A stretch of 64,000 nucleotides of DNA from Thecamonas trahens ATCC 50062 (lineage: Eukaryota > Protista > Apusomonadida). Within the stretch, counting starts at the first letter, position 1; every line of letters starts with the position of its first letter. The DNA is taken from the NCBI RefSeq assembly GCF_000142905.1, contig NW_013657650.1, positions 62,001-126,000 of the forward strand, read 5' to 3'. The notes under the pieces were generated by a model that was not told the DNA's origin, ran no database searches, and worked only from the letters and a program-made list of their open reading frames with translations. This document shows positions 54,582-64,000 of the stretch, one piece after another. A program made the translations under genes and the position numbers.

Positions 54582-56474
54582 ATGAGTCAACCTTCCGAGG
54601 TGGTGATTCTCTCGTCCCCTCCCCCTCCCTTCCCTTCCCCGGACATGTCGTCCATGGCGAGTCGGCGGGAACAGAGACGAACACACGGTCTGTCGCCGCG
54701 GTCACACCGTCCCTCCCCTGCTCCTGCCCCTACTGCTCACGTTGCTGCTGCTGCTACATCGACTGGTGCTGCACTCGCTCCTCCTTCTGCTGCTGATCCC
54801 ATGGCGGCGGCGGCGGCGGCTGCCCGGCGATACGAGTCTAACATGGCCAACCTCATCGCTGCCAATCAGTGCTTGTCCCCACCCGCAGCTCCGCTTACGG
54901 TCCCGTCTGTGGATCAACTTCCGACGAGCTCGGTGGCGCACCAAGTTTCCTCTGCTGCCGACTTGTCGCCGCTGGCCTCTACTGTCGCTGACGACGAGAA
55001 GCCCGACGACGACGACGACGACGACTCCGGCTCGACGTGCTCGATCTGCTTTGAGCCGTGGACCAACCAGGGCCGGCACCGAGTGACCGCGACCAAGTGC
55101 GGACATTTGTTTGGTCGGGCGTGCATCCGCAAGTGGCTCTCGTCGCACTCGTCGTGCCCCACGTGCAAGAAGCGAATCCGTGCGACAGACCTGCGGTATT
55201 TGTACGTCACCAACATCTCTGTGGTGGACAATGCCGAGAAGGAGCGCGCGCTGCGGCTCATCTCCAAGTGCCGGTCAGAGAACGAGAAGATCAACCGCGA
55301 GCTCGGCAAGGTTCAGCTCGAGAACCGAAGCCTGGCAACCAAGCTCGAGGCGGCGCAGCGGGAGATTGTGGCGCTGAAGGCTATGATTGCTGAGAGACGG
55401 CCAGGAGCACATCCGCTTGCGGCGGCGGCAGGAACTGGTGGCCTTGCGCGCGCATCGACAGCGGGACTGCTCTTTGAAGAGGTGCTCTCGCTCCCGCTCT
55501 CACTGGCGGCGCGGGTGATGGACCTCTCGCCGGCCGGCGATGTGCTGCTGGTATCGTCCGCCAACGCGCGCGGGGCGGGCAAGGCGCACGGCTTTACGCG
55601 CATCTCGCTGGTCAACTCGCGGTTTCAGCAGTATGTGGGCGTGCATGACAAGGCTGTGCGCGACGTGGGGCTCTCGCAGCACGACCATGATCTCGTGCTC
55701 TCGGTCGGGTTTGACGCGCGAGCAACGCTCACCTCGCTGTCGGCCAACAGCCCGGTGCTGTCGTGTGTCCTCGACGGTGGCGGATGGTCCGCGGTGTGGC
55801 ACCCGGAGCAAGGGCAGTACTTTGCGGTTGGCACCTCGTGCGGGACGGTGGCGCTGTTCGACACGCGTAAGACCAACGCGCCAACTCTGCATCTTGCGCT
55901 CCCGTCACGTCAGCCTGTGCACTCGCTCGCGTTTTCGCAGGTCGGCGATGACTTGGTTCTTCTCGCGGGCACGTGCTCGTCGGGCGTCTCGGCCATCCCG
56001 CTCGGGGCGACCGGGTTTGGGACGGCAGTGACGATCACACCGCCTTGCATCACGACGGCAGTGGCGGCGGGAAGCGGGACGAGCAGCGTGCTACTCTCGT
56101 ACCGTGCGTCGTCATCGTCGGGCCCGCTTGCGGCACATCACGAAGTGTACGGCCTCGAGCAAGCGACGCTCGCGTGGCAGTCGCAGACGACCCTCCCTGG
56201 TCCGGCGTCGGCGCGGGTGATGGCACGGCCGTCGCTATTTACACTCGGGGGTTGCCAGTTTGCTGCAGTGAGCAACGAGGCGGCGCAAACAGTCCAGGTG
56301 TGGGACGTGGCCAGGCAGCAGATGGTGCAAGAGCTTGCGTCTGGTCACACCTCGCCGGTCCTCGACACACGGGTGGAGAGTGACGGCTACGGCGGGCTGC
56401 TGCTTGGGGCGGTCTCGAGCTCACGGGCAATGCTCTACCGCTGGAACGGACAGCTCACGACAGAGGGGCAGTGA
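54582..56474 (+). CDS. RFWD3: RING - coiled coil - WD40 E3 ubiquitin ligase RFWD3
   Basis: CSICFEPWTNQGRHRVTATKCGHLFGRACIRKWL...CPTC RING typical of RFWD3, then coiled coil and WD40 (VHDKAVRDV, GWSAVWHP). Start approximate. Confidence 0.88.
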   Translation: MSQPSEVVILSSPPPPFPSPDMSSMASRREQRRTHGLSPRSHRPSPAPAPTAHVAAAATSTGAALAPPSAADPMAAAAAAARRYESNMANLIAANQCLSPPAAPLTVPSVDQLPTSSVAHQVSSAADLSPLASTVADDEKPDDDDDDDSGSTCSICFEPWTNQGRHRVTATKCGHLFGRACIRKWLSSHSSCPTCKKRIRATDLRYLYVTNISVVDNAEKERALRLISKCRSENEKINRELGKVQLENRSLATKLEAAQREIVALKAMIAERRPGAHPLAAAAGTGGLARASTAGLLFEEVLSLPLSLAARVMDLSPAGDVLLVSSANARGAGKAHGFTRISLVNSRFQQYVGVHDKAVRDVGLSQHDHDLVLSVGFDARATLTSLSANSPVLSCVLDGGGWSAVWHPEQGQYFAVGTSCGTVALFDTRKTNAPTLHLALPSRQPVHSLAFSQVGDDLVLLAGTCSSGVSAIPLGATGFGTAVTITPPCITTAVAAGSGTSSVLLSYRASSSSGPLAAHHEVYGLEQATLAWQSQTTLPGPASARVMARPSLFTLGGCQFAAVSNEAAQTVQVWDVARQQMVQELASGHTSPVLDTRVESDGYGGLLLGAVSSSRAMLYRWNGQLTTEGQ

Positions 56475-57852
56475 GCGAGGCTGGGAGCAGCGGCAGCTTC
56501 GCGCGCCACCGCAGGCCGGTGACGGTGGCGGCGGCGAGGGTGGAGACGACAACGAGGGCCTTGGTGACGAGCCAGAGCGCCGAGCGCGTCGGCGGGACGG
56601 ATGCGGCGCCGTACGGCTCGGGGATGTCAACAAAGTCTGGGAGCGGAACGCCCATGCGCGAAACAACGTCAAGCGCAGAACAGACGCCGTTCTCGAGGAG
56701 CGGCAGGCCGTAACGGGCGTAGGAGCCGGCCATCCACACGCCGCCGTCGCCTTGCAGGGCAGAGAGGCCGTTGGCAGCCTTGCTTGCGGTGGGGCACATG
56801 ACTGGGCGTGAAAAGGTGGACGAGGTGATGACTGAGTCGGGCGCCGGATTTGCCAGCGGGTTCCAGGTCTGGAAGATGTTGACCTCGTGGTGGGCAAGAG
56901 CGGGATGGAGCTGGTTGAGCCACATGGTGGCCATGGGGCGCGGCGAGCCCGAGTCAGAGAGGAGGACGTTGATGGGCGACCAGGCGGAGCGGTCGGCGGG
57001 CATGAGTGACGGATCTGTGTGGACGACAACGTCGGAGGTTTCGGAGCCCCAGAGCGAGAGGATGCTCTTGAGCTCGGGCGAGGGGTCCTGGAGGAGCTTG
57101 AGGACGTGCTCGGGCTGGGTGGCGATGATGACATGGTCAAACTCGACAGACTGGGCGTCGCCGCCGGCGATCGAGAACTCAACGACGGGCTTGGTCTCGG
57201 TGCACCCGCGCTTGACAGCGGTGACGGCGGCGGAGCAATGGACGTTGGCGATGTTGGCGGAGAGGGCGGCGACAATGGCGTCTGTTCCGCCGAGAGCACG
57301 TTTGACGCCGCGGCCGCGGCCATTAGTAAAGGCGCCAACCACCATGTCTGCCGGGTACTGGCGCATGGAATCGATGTCGCAGGTCATGATGATGGCCATG
57401 ATGGGGAAGAAAACGCGGTGCTGGAAGAGGTCCGAGTAGCCGCGGCTGTCGAGGTACTCGCCCATGGTCAGGCCGTCGAGGCGGCCGGCGTCAAGATCTA
57501 GCTTGGCCGACGAGATCCACCTGTAAAAGTCCTTGGCGACGGCCCAGCCCGAAGTGGAGAAGAGCGAGGCAAAAGGGAGATACGGGAGCGAGAAGGCGCC
57601 GATGAGCCAGTTGGCGTAGCGAAAGTAGACCTCGCCCGACTCGAGAGCCGAGTACGACGCGGCGTAGTTACACATCTCCCACTCGATGCCGAGTGAGGTC
57701 AGGATGGCCGCAAAGTTGCGATAGTGTCGCTCGTTGAAGACCCGGAACGGCACGTCGACCGTCACCTGGCCGTCCGCCGTCTCCACCGTGTGGGCATGCG
57801 CACCCATGCCAACTTCAGCCAGCGACTCAAACAGCGTCACCTCATGCCCATT
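56455..57852 (-). CDS. FAD-dependent amine-oxidase-like oxidoreductase (COG2907-like), 5' exon lost in gap
   Basis: HEVTLFE...VGMGAH, VDVPFRVFNERHY, FDHVIIATQ, VVVHTDPSLMP...W and GVWMAGSY motifs, C-terminal hydrophobic anchor. GxGxxG not visible. Confidence 0.82.
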   Translation of the reverse strand, partial: NGHEVTLFESLAEVGMGAHAHTVETADGQVTVDVPFRVFNERHYRNFAAILTSLGIEWEMCNYAASYSALESGEVYFRYANWLIGAFSLPYLPFASLFSTSGWAVAKDFYRWISSAKLDLDAGRLDGLTMGEYLDSRGYSDLFQHRVFFPIMAIIMTCDIDSMRQYPADMVVGAFTNGRGRGVKRALGGTDAIVAALSANIANVHCSAAVTAVKRGCTETKPVVEFSIAGGDAQSVEFDHVIIATQPEHVLKLLQDPSPELKSILSLWGSETSDVVVHTDPSLMPADRSAWSPINVLLSDSGSPRPMATMWLNQLHPALAHHEVNIFQTWNPLANPAPDSVITSSTFSRPVMCPTASKAANGLSALQGDGGVWMAGSYARYGLPLLENGVCSALDVVSRMGVPLPDFVDIPEPYGAASVPPTRSALWLVTKALVVVSTLAAATVTGLRWRAKLPLLPASLTAPLS

Positions 57853-58363
57853 CTGCATCCCCCTCCCGTTGTTTTGCCTCTGTAAGTCGGGCGCCATGCA
57901 AGCCCCTGCCCCCTATCCCTCCTCCCCGGCCATGACCATGCCCACGCCCACTCACCGCCGGTCCGACAGACTCACGTCATCCTCGGCCCTTCCACCCCCC
58001 CCCCCCNNNNNNNNNNNNNNNNNNNNNNNNNNNNNNNNNNNNNNNNNNNNNNNNNNNNNNNNNNNNNNNNNNNNNNNNNNNNNNNNNNNNNNNNNNNNNN
58101 NNNNNNNNNNNNNNNNNNNNNNNNNNNNNNNNNNNNNNNNNNNNNNNNNNNNNNNNNNNNNNNNNNNNNNNNNNNNNNNNNNNNNNNNNNNNNNNNNNNN
58201 NNNNNNNNNNNNNNNNNNNNNNNNNNNNNNNNNNNNNNNNNNNNNNNNNNNNNNNNNNNNNNNNNNNNNNNNNNNNNNNNNNNNNNNNNNNNNNNNNNNN
58301 NNNNNNNNGGGGAGCAAAGACATGTGAGACTCATCATGATGTGAGAGGGGAGGGGGGCTACAG

Positions 58364-59089
58364 ATCGAGGGGATGGGCGATCTGATGGACGCGGACGAGA
58401 GGGCCTCGTACCGCAAGGAGGTCGAGCTGCTGCGGGATTTGCATCATCCCAACATTGTCCAGTTCTTCGAGTGGATCGAGTCGGACGACGGCGAGTATCT
58501 GTTCATTGTCATGGAGCTGGCACAGATCGGTGACCTGGCCAAGCTGATCAAGAAGGCACGGTCGCGTCGGAAGCCGCTGGTGGAGCGGACCATCTGGAAG
58601 CTGTTCTTCCAGATCACCGCCGGCCTCAAGCACATGCACGGCTCGCGGATCATGCACCGCGATCTCAAGCCGGCCAACGTTTTTGTCTCGTCCGGCGGGC
58701 GAGTCAAGCTCGGCGACCTCGGCCTCGGTCGCAAGTTCTCGTCCAAGACTCGCGCCGCCGACTCGCTCGTCGGTACGCCGTACTACATGGCGCCCGAAAG
58801 GATCAACGAGTCGCCGTACGACTTTTCGTCGGACATCTGGTCGCTCGGCTGCTTGCTCTACGAGATGGCCGCGCTCCGCAACCCATTCTACGGTGAGGCC
58901 ATGAACCTGTACACCCTCTGCGAGAAGATCGACGCGTGCGAGTACCCCGAACTGCCCGAGACCTACTCGGCGACGCTCCGCGACCTCGTCGCTGCCATCA
59001 TCGTCCGCGACCCAGCCGCGCGCCCAAACGTGGGCGAGGTCTATGCCATAGCAAAGTCGATGGTCCAATCATACATGGAGGACGCATAG
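58364..59089 (+). CDS. NEK7: NEK6/NEK7-like kinase, last exon (N-lobe start in gap)
   Basis: DLMDADERASYRKEVELL, HRDLKPANVF, DLG, SLVGTPYYMAPERI and EMAALRNPFYGEAMNLYTLCEKI closely follow NEK6/7. CTACAG acceptor at 58363. Confidence 0.88.
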   Translation: MEGMGDLMDADERASYRKEVELLRDLHHPNIVQFFEWIESDDGEYLFIVMELAQIGDLAKLIKKARSRRKPLVERTIWKLFFQITAGLKHMHGSRIMHRDLKPANVFVSSGGRVKLGDLGLGRKFSSKTRAADSLVGTPYYMAPERINESPYDFSSDIWSLGCLLYEMAALRNPFYGEAMNLYTLCEKIDACEYPELPETYSATLRDLVAAIIVRDPAARPNVGEVYAIAKSMVQSYMEDA

Positions 59090-59142
59090 CATAACACAAG
59101 CCCAGCTTGCTCGCGCACTTTCTCTCGAGATACAGCGTCAGT

Positions 59143-60198
59143 TTAAGCTTCAGCGCGCAGGGGGAGGCCGGGTGCGCCGCCGACGCTGAGCCACTCGGCA
59201 ACGCGCATGTTCTTGACGGTGACGGCGACGCGGAGCGGGGTGTCACCGTGCTTGTCGACGATCGACACGTCAGCGCCGCACTCGACGAGTGTCTGCACAA
59301 CGGCAAAGCTATGGCGGGTGGCAGCGGCGATGTGGAGCGGGGTGGCACCGTCGTTGTCAGTAGCGTTGATGCTTGCTTTGCCTTCGGTGGCAAGCCAGTA
59401 GATGGCGTCGGTGTGGCGGTTCTGGGCAGCAATGTGCAGCGGCGTCATACCATCAAAAGAAGCCTTGTTGATGTCAGCCCTGCACTCGCGGACAAGCACC
59501 CGCAGCATGTCGACCCGTCCGCGCTCGGCAGCGAGGTACAAGGGGGTGGCGCCGCGGGCGTTGGTCGCGTTCACGTCGGCCCGGGCACGCTGGACAAGCC
59601 ACTGGACAACGTCCGAGTGTCCGTTTTGCGCTGCGACGAGGAGCGGCGAGAGGCCGTGGCCGCCGACCCGGGCGCGGGCGGCGCAGACAAGCCACTCGAT
59701 GACATCGACATGGCCGGTGTTGGCGGCGGCATACAGCGGAGTCCAGCAAGCGTCGTTAACCTTGTTCACATCGGCCTTGCCAACACGCACCAGGATCTTG
59801 ACCATGTCCAGCGCGCCCATCATGGCGCACATCATCAGCGCCGTAAAGCCGCGGAAAATGGTCTTGTCGACGTCGGCCTTGGCCGTCTTGAGCAGCCAAA
59901 CTACAAGCGATACGTGGCCGTGGACAGCAGCCACCACCAGCGGCGTCGAGCCAGCCGCGTTGATCTTGTTCACATCCCCACCGCCGCCGTCCTCGTTCAC
60001 CAGCCACTGAACAACGTCCATGGCGCCGGCCTTGCTCGCCGCCGTCACCGCATCGACCAGAGCGCCGTCGACCACGACCGAGACATCGACTGGTACGCCC
60101 TCGCCCACAAGCCGCTGCACAGTCGGCAGGTCGCCCGAGGCGGCGGAGCCCACAAGGGCAGACACAGCTGCAGATGATATTTTCTTGTCAGTAGTCAT
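59143..60198 (-). CDS. Ankyrin repeat protein (~9 repeats)
   Basis: Repeated GxTPLxxAA..GH motifs. Confidence 0.9.
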   Translation of the reverse strand: MTTDKKISSAAVSALVGSAASGDLPTVQRLVGEGVPVDVSVVVDGALVDAVTAASKAGAMDVVQWLVNEDGGGGDVNKINAAGSTPLVVAAVHGHVSLVVWLLKTAKADVDKTIFRGFTALMMCAMMGALDMVKILVRVGKADVNKVNDACWTPLYAAANTGHVDVIEWLVCAARARVGGHGLSPLLVAAQNGHSDVVQWLVQRARADVNATNARGATPLYLAAERGRVDMLRVLVRECRADINKASFDGMTPLHIAAQNRHTDAIYWLATEGKASINATDNDGATPLHIAAATRHSFAVVQTLVECGADVSIVDKHGDTPLRVAVTVKNMRVAEWLSVGGAPGLPLRAEA

Positions 60199-60479
60199 CA
60201 AGCGGTACGTGTGTAAGAGGGTAGGTGCTTGGGAGGAGGAGGGGGGGAAGAGAGGCCGGAGAGTGTGTGGTCGGCGTGAGGTGAGTGGCGCCGAAAACAG
60301 CAACCATCTCAGTTAACAAACGTTGCTTATTGACGGTTCAAAAGTGACGAGTCAACGGCGCGGCGGTTTTTTCGCGCGCCCCGACGACGTCTTTTGCCCA
60401 AACGGGCAAATATGGGCGCCAAAACAAGCGGCAAGAAGAAAAAAAACGAGAGTCATCACCGCCGTCTGCGTTCAACGAG

Positions 60480-62234
60480 TGCCGATCCGAAGATGACATC
60501 ATCACCGAGCTCATCATCCAACAGCGTCCGAACCGATTGCAGGCGGTGGCATCAGGAGTTCACCTGCGTGGCGCTTGCTGTAGCACATGTCCTTTGTTGC
60601 TGGGAAGGGAATGGCTGATGTTGGGCCAGAGTGGGCGCTCTCAGCTGAGACGCTACGGTGCGGCGACGATCTCCACGTCACGCAGAAGTCTACCGATTGA
60701 TTGGTATTGCTACTGGAGCGGTGTGTCTCATTGTGACGCGCATGACCATGTGTGTGGTGCCGAATAAGATGGGCGCGGCTTGCTGCTGGGGAGTGAAACG
60801 CGCCGTGGATAGGAGCCTGGCAGCGAGCGCGTATGATCAGCAGATCCGAGCAAAAATTGTTCGAGTTTGGAAGAGGTGCTTCGTGGATAAGCTCGACGTC
60901 GAGGTCAACGTTGCGTGCGATGTTGATGGGGTCAGCTACTCCCCGCTTCTCTCCGCTGAGCGTTGTGGCTATGATACATGGTAGCATCGATCCTGAGGTC
61001 AAGGCCGAGATGGACGTGGCAGATTCTCGAGCAAAGTCGATGACGCCAGCGATTTCAGCTCGTCCCGTACATGCAGCACGAGCGGTGACGACGACGGCGA
61101 TGAGCTGAGCTGGAGCAGCCGTCACCTTTTGAGATAGTGCTTGAGGAACGAAAGCTACTTCTCTTTGATCTGGACATCTTTCGGGCGGACAATCCGTTGG
61201 CGGTGCTGCGGACGTCCATCCGGGACCACGTCACCAACTTGTGGACTCGATCCCAGGAGACAGGGGAACTTGCCGTCGACGGAGTTTTTCTGACAGTGGT
61301 GTCCAAGGGCGTCTTCAAGGCCAGCGCCGATGAAGCGCATGACTCGTTCGATGTGCTCTTTATGGATGACGGAGCACGGCGCGTGAACTTGGGCCTCCTC
61401 TACGCCAACGACGCGGAACGCATGGAGCTTGGCTGCTGATGTGGACGTGACGGTGACGAAGCAAGACGCACTTGAACCTCATCATGCAGTACCAAGGGCA
61501 GGTAGACGTTAGTAACGGTGAGCGCGAGGATAGGCCGCTACTTGCGTCCCTCAACTCGGGCCCTGGCACCGTGTGCACTACTCGTGGAGTCCAGGACTGA
61601 GTTCCACTCCGATAGGAGCACTCGAATCCCCTATGTGCGGCGGTACCTCGTGCGGGGCGTCCGCTGGGAGGTGCAGCTATCACTTTGACTGCACTGGGAG
61701 TGCAGCTGAAAAGCTTGACCTCATCGTGTCGCGGGGGTCCGGTATGGGGTTGCGCCGCCTCGCTTCGTCCGCGTGCAGACGGAGTGTGCCACAGACTCGT
61801 CTTGGAACTGTTTTCTTTGCCGGATGCAGATCGACTCACCCACGACAATCCTCGATCTGCACGACACCAAGAATGTCCGTCGTCTTTGCCCCGGCGCGTA
61901 AACAACGGTTTTCTTCAACGCACCGAGGCTGGGTACCGACATGCGGCCGCCACCTGCGACGACACGTCGTCGTCGACCGCGTGCGGTAGCGATGGCATTC
62001 AACTCAAGACTCTCAGGGGACGACACGCTGTCGACGTCATCCGACGCCAAACATGATACAACGCGTCCAGTTGATTGGTGTGACATCCACGCGCACGGCT
62101 ATCTCCTCCGCATCTTGTGCACACCGCCGGACCTGCGCGTAAGCGGCGCGCGTCGTTGCGACGACGTCCCCCAGCTGTCGCGGAGCATCGATCACGACAC
62201 ATTGTCCACTCCGCCACATGGTCTAACCACTTGA
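60480..62234 (+). pseudogene. Possible decayed gene or element remnant
   Basis: Protein-like segments in shifting + frames (e.g. 61137-61439 and 61685-62056) broken by stops. Appears lower in GC than its neighbours. No family recognised. Confidence 0.35.
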
Positions 62235-62433
62235 TGGGGGGCCAGTGACTGTTCCCACTCACATGTGCGAGGCGCAAGTGGCGTGTGCTAGTCGCTGTCA
62301 TGTGCCAGGGCCTCTCCTCCTGCGGCTGTGTCTGCAAGTCACGTGACCACCGCTGTGCCAGTCCGAGTGTTAGGCGTCCAGAGCGGCTCCACCCCAGCGG
62401 ACGCCTCAGCTACGACACACTACTCTCACCATC

Positions 62434-63928
62434 ATGCTTAAGACTCTTTGCATTGTGGCGCTTATTGCTGCCGTGGCGACCGCCAACCTCGTCCACATCC
62501 CGCTCGTTCACAAGTACGCTCCACCGCATTCCCCATCCCCCCCCCCCCCCCCCCCCTCCCCCCACCCTTGCGCCGCCGTCTCTGCCAATGGATCCCTTTC
62601 TGCGAAAATTATTTTCATCGCTTTTTCGCGGGCGACCTGCGACCCACCCACTCCCCCCCCCTCCCCCCCCCCCTCCCCCCTCCCCTCACTCACATACCCA
62701 TACCCATACAATGTCATAGGGAGCGCTCGGCTGGGTACGCCCAGGAGCTCATCGAGATCGATGCTCTCCGCCAGCAGGGCTTCTTCAAGGACCTGTCTGC
62801 TGCGCCCAAGGCGTCGCAGGCTACCCTCCCGCTCATGAACAACGAGGACCTCGACTACACCGGCATCGTCCAGATCGGCACCCCCGGCCAGTCGTTCTCG
62901 CTTGTATGTTGCTGCTCCTGCTCCCCTCTCCCTCCCCTTCCCTCCCTCCCCCCCCTCCCACTCACCCTTTTCACTCTACAGGACTTTGACACCGGCTCGT
63001 CCAACCTCTGGATCGCCTCCACCGCTTGCTCCGGCTGCGGCTTCACGTACGTACCCTGCATGCCTTGACCACTCGCCTTGTACCCCTCTCTCCCCTCCCG
63101 CAATCTCTCACCCCTTCCCCTGGTCACAGCAACTACTTCAACGAGTCGGCCTCGACGACCTTCCAGAAGAACGGCCAGAACTTCCAGATCACCTACGGCT
63201 CCGGCTTTGTGTCGGGCACTCTGGCTGCTGACACCATCGACATTGCCGGCCTCGTCGGCACTGATGTCACCTTTGGCATTGTGAACCAGGCTTCGGGCTT
63301 CAACGGCGCCGGCATTGACGGCCTCCTCGGCCTCGCCTACAAGTCGATCTCGGCTGACCAGGTCCCGCCGGTCTTTGACGTCATCGCCAAGCAGAACGGC
63401 CTCAACAACATTGTCTCGTTCTACCTCTCGTCGGACTCGTCGACCAACGGTGCCCTCACCTTTGGCGGCCTCAACTCGCAGTACTACAAGGGTACCCCGA
63501 CGTACACCAAGGTCACGCACCAGCAGTGGTGGGTCATCAAGGGTGAGTCGATCGACGTCGGCTCGACCCGCGCTGTCGGCGGCCTCTTCGGCTTCTCGGC
63601 CATTGTTGACTCGGGCACCTCGCTCCTCATTGTCTCGCCGTCTGCTGCCCGCACCATCACCGACAAGGTGACCGTCAACCAGGACTGCTCCGGCATCGAG
63701 TCGAACCCCTCGCTCACCGTCACCATCGAGAAGCAGGCCTTCACCATCACCCCCGACCAGTACGTCGTCAAGCTCTCCCAGCAGGGCCAGACCCAGTGCA
63801 TTCTCGGCATCCAGGGCGCTACCCTCTCGTCCGAGTTCTCGGTCATCCTCGGCGACGTCTTCATGCGCACCGTCTACACTGTCTTTGACAAGGACTCGTC
63901 GCGCGTCGGCTTTGCCCAGCTCGCTTAA
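62434..63928 (+). CDS. Pepsin/cathepsin D-like aspartic protease; exons 62434-62513, 62720-62903, 62982-63046 and 63130-63928
   Basis: Signal peptide, GTPGQSFSL|DFDTGSSNLW, YGSG, IVDSGTS and ILGDVF motifs. Three GT-AG introns restore the frame. Confidence 0.95.
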
Positions 63929-64000
63929 GCGCGCTGCTTCGGCAACGACACAGCCATCGTAAACCGATTCAAGTTTTCTCCCGCTCAGGAATGCGTACTG

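Noticed and set aside
50605-56474. DNA-repair gene cluster (APE1, RFWD3, plus PARG and USP10)
   Set aside because: The genes are spread over 50 kb among unrelated genes, which is compatible with chance.

Overview
Gene-dense, GC-rich eukaryotic (protist) genomic DNA, not prokaryotic. It has GT-AG spliceosomal introns (donors GTACGC/GTACGT/GTATGT, CTGAC/CTCAC-like branch points), poly-C/poly-G tracts and five N gaps. The style resembles an apusomonad draft assembly such as Thecamonas, but that is an unverified inference. About 26 protein-coding genes are supported: a HemN-like radical SAM enzyme, USP10-like DUB, ankyrin proteins, receptor-type class III cyclase, bacterial-type PARG, DUF445, ER DnaJ, CRT-family transporter, ependymin-related protein, RPAP1, PX protein, CNBP-like protein, giant CH/EF-hand coiled-coil protein, APE1, SH3-PH protein, RFWD3, FAD oxidoreductase, NEK6/7 and a pepsin-like protease. 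The standout is a ~2,870-aa gene at 10295-18915 that appears once a single-base frameshift is bridged. It reads TKL kinase, Apaf-1-type NB-ARC, WD40, gelsolin repeats G2-G6, then a UBR-box-like zinc finger, i.e. an NLR-like STAND receptor with a kinase effector and an integrated actin-binding module. It heads a same-strand run of signalling genes. Other notable items are a PX domain fused to a PHF5A/Rds3-like zinc knot, a half-site degenerate receptor cyclase, a duplicated cryptic coding segment with mostly synonymous differences, and five same-direction homopolymer frameshifts that are most likely sequencing under-calls. No rRNA, tRNA or CRISPR array is supported.
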